A stretch of 63,851 nucleotides of DNA, the filler included, from Octopus bimaculoides (lineage: Eukaryota), in NCBI RefSeq assembly GCF_001194135.2. It is 5 parts of 4 records of this genome, joined end to end, with 100 filler letters (N's around TTAATTAATTAA, not from the genome) between each part and the next. Parts side by side here need not be neighbours in the genome. Positions count along the whole stretch, not along the records: positions 62,349 to 63,851 come from NW_026338588.1; 4 more parts are not named here. One strand, given 5' to 3'. Position numbers and translations under genes: made by a program. A model generated the notes under the pieces. The model ran no database searches and was not told the DNA's origin. It saw nothing but the letters and a program-made list of their open reading frames with translations. This document shows, piece by piece, positions 63,461-63,851 of the stretch; the stretch's first letter is position 1; each line of letters opens with the position of its first letter.

Positions 63461-63851
63461 CATATACATACACATATACATACATATATAGATACATATA
63501 TATATATCTATATAATTAGGCATGCGCGTCCTTATAACACATTATCCCGGAAATGTCAGCTATATTCCGAAGAGTAACTCAATATTGTTAGCAAAGGAGC
63601 GCATTATAAACAGATTTACGGAACAATTACCCATGTGCCTGTATACAGCTAAGCATATTCCATACTACAATCTAAACCAAATATAACTAATGCAAACTTA
63701 ACGCCTACAACTCGGATTAATTCCTCTGAGTTAAGACCTCATATAATAAAAAAGAACAGTATCCGAATAACATGTATTTAGACATGTAACTGTACAATCC
63801 AGTATATAAAGTCTGTCATACCGGCCATGATGAAATACCACAAGGTATAGA

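Overview
AT-rich, gap-ridden eukaryotic DNA. It is most likely intronic or intergenic sequence from an Octopus genome; this is an inference from the SINE families and microsatellite style, recalled rather than searched. I recognise no host protein-coding gene. Almost all supplied ORFs are microsatellite or N-gap artefacts. The real coding signal is fossil transposon sequence: a hAT (DUF4371/ZMYM1-like) transposase interrupted by a Merlin/IS1595-type element, two Helitron helicase remnants plus Helitron termini, a Tc1 5' end, three same-strand R4/Dong-type LINE copies tied to (TAA)n tracts, L1/Tx1-like 3' ends, and very old RT remnants. About 30 tRNA-derived SINE copies or fragments of four types are present, some in tandem arrays. 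The best finds lie outside the ORF track. (1) A complete minimal type I hammerhead ribozyme at 62858-62902 (-), a second near-intact hammerhead at 49019-49079 (+), and a third cut by a gap at about 62221-62248; together they suggest dispersed Penelope-like or retrozyme terminal repeats. (2) A 266-bp foldback MITE able to form a long dsRNA hairpin. (3) A SINE sharing its 3' tail with a LINE end in the same window. (4) A tight CRE cluster. All alignments were done by eye and no database search was run.
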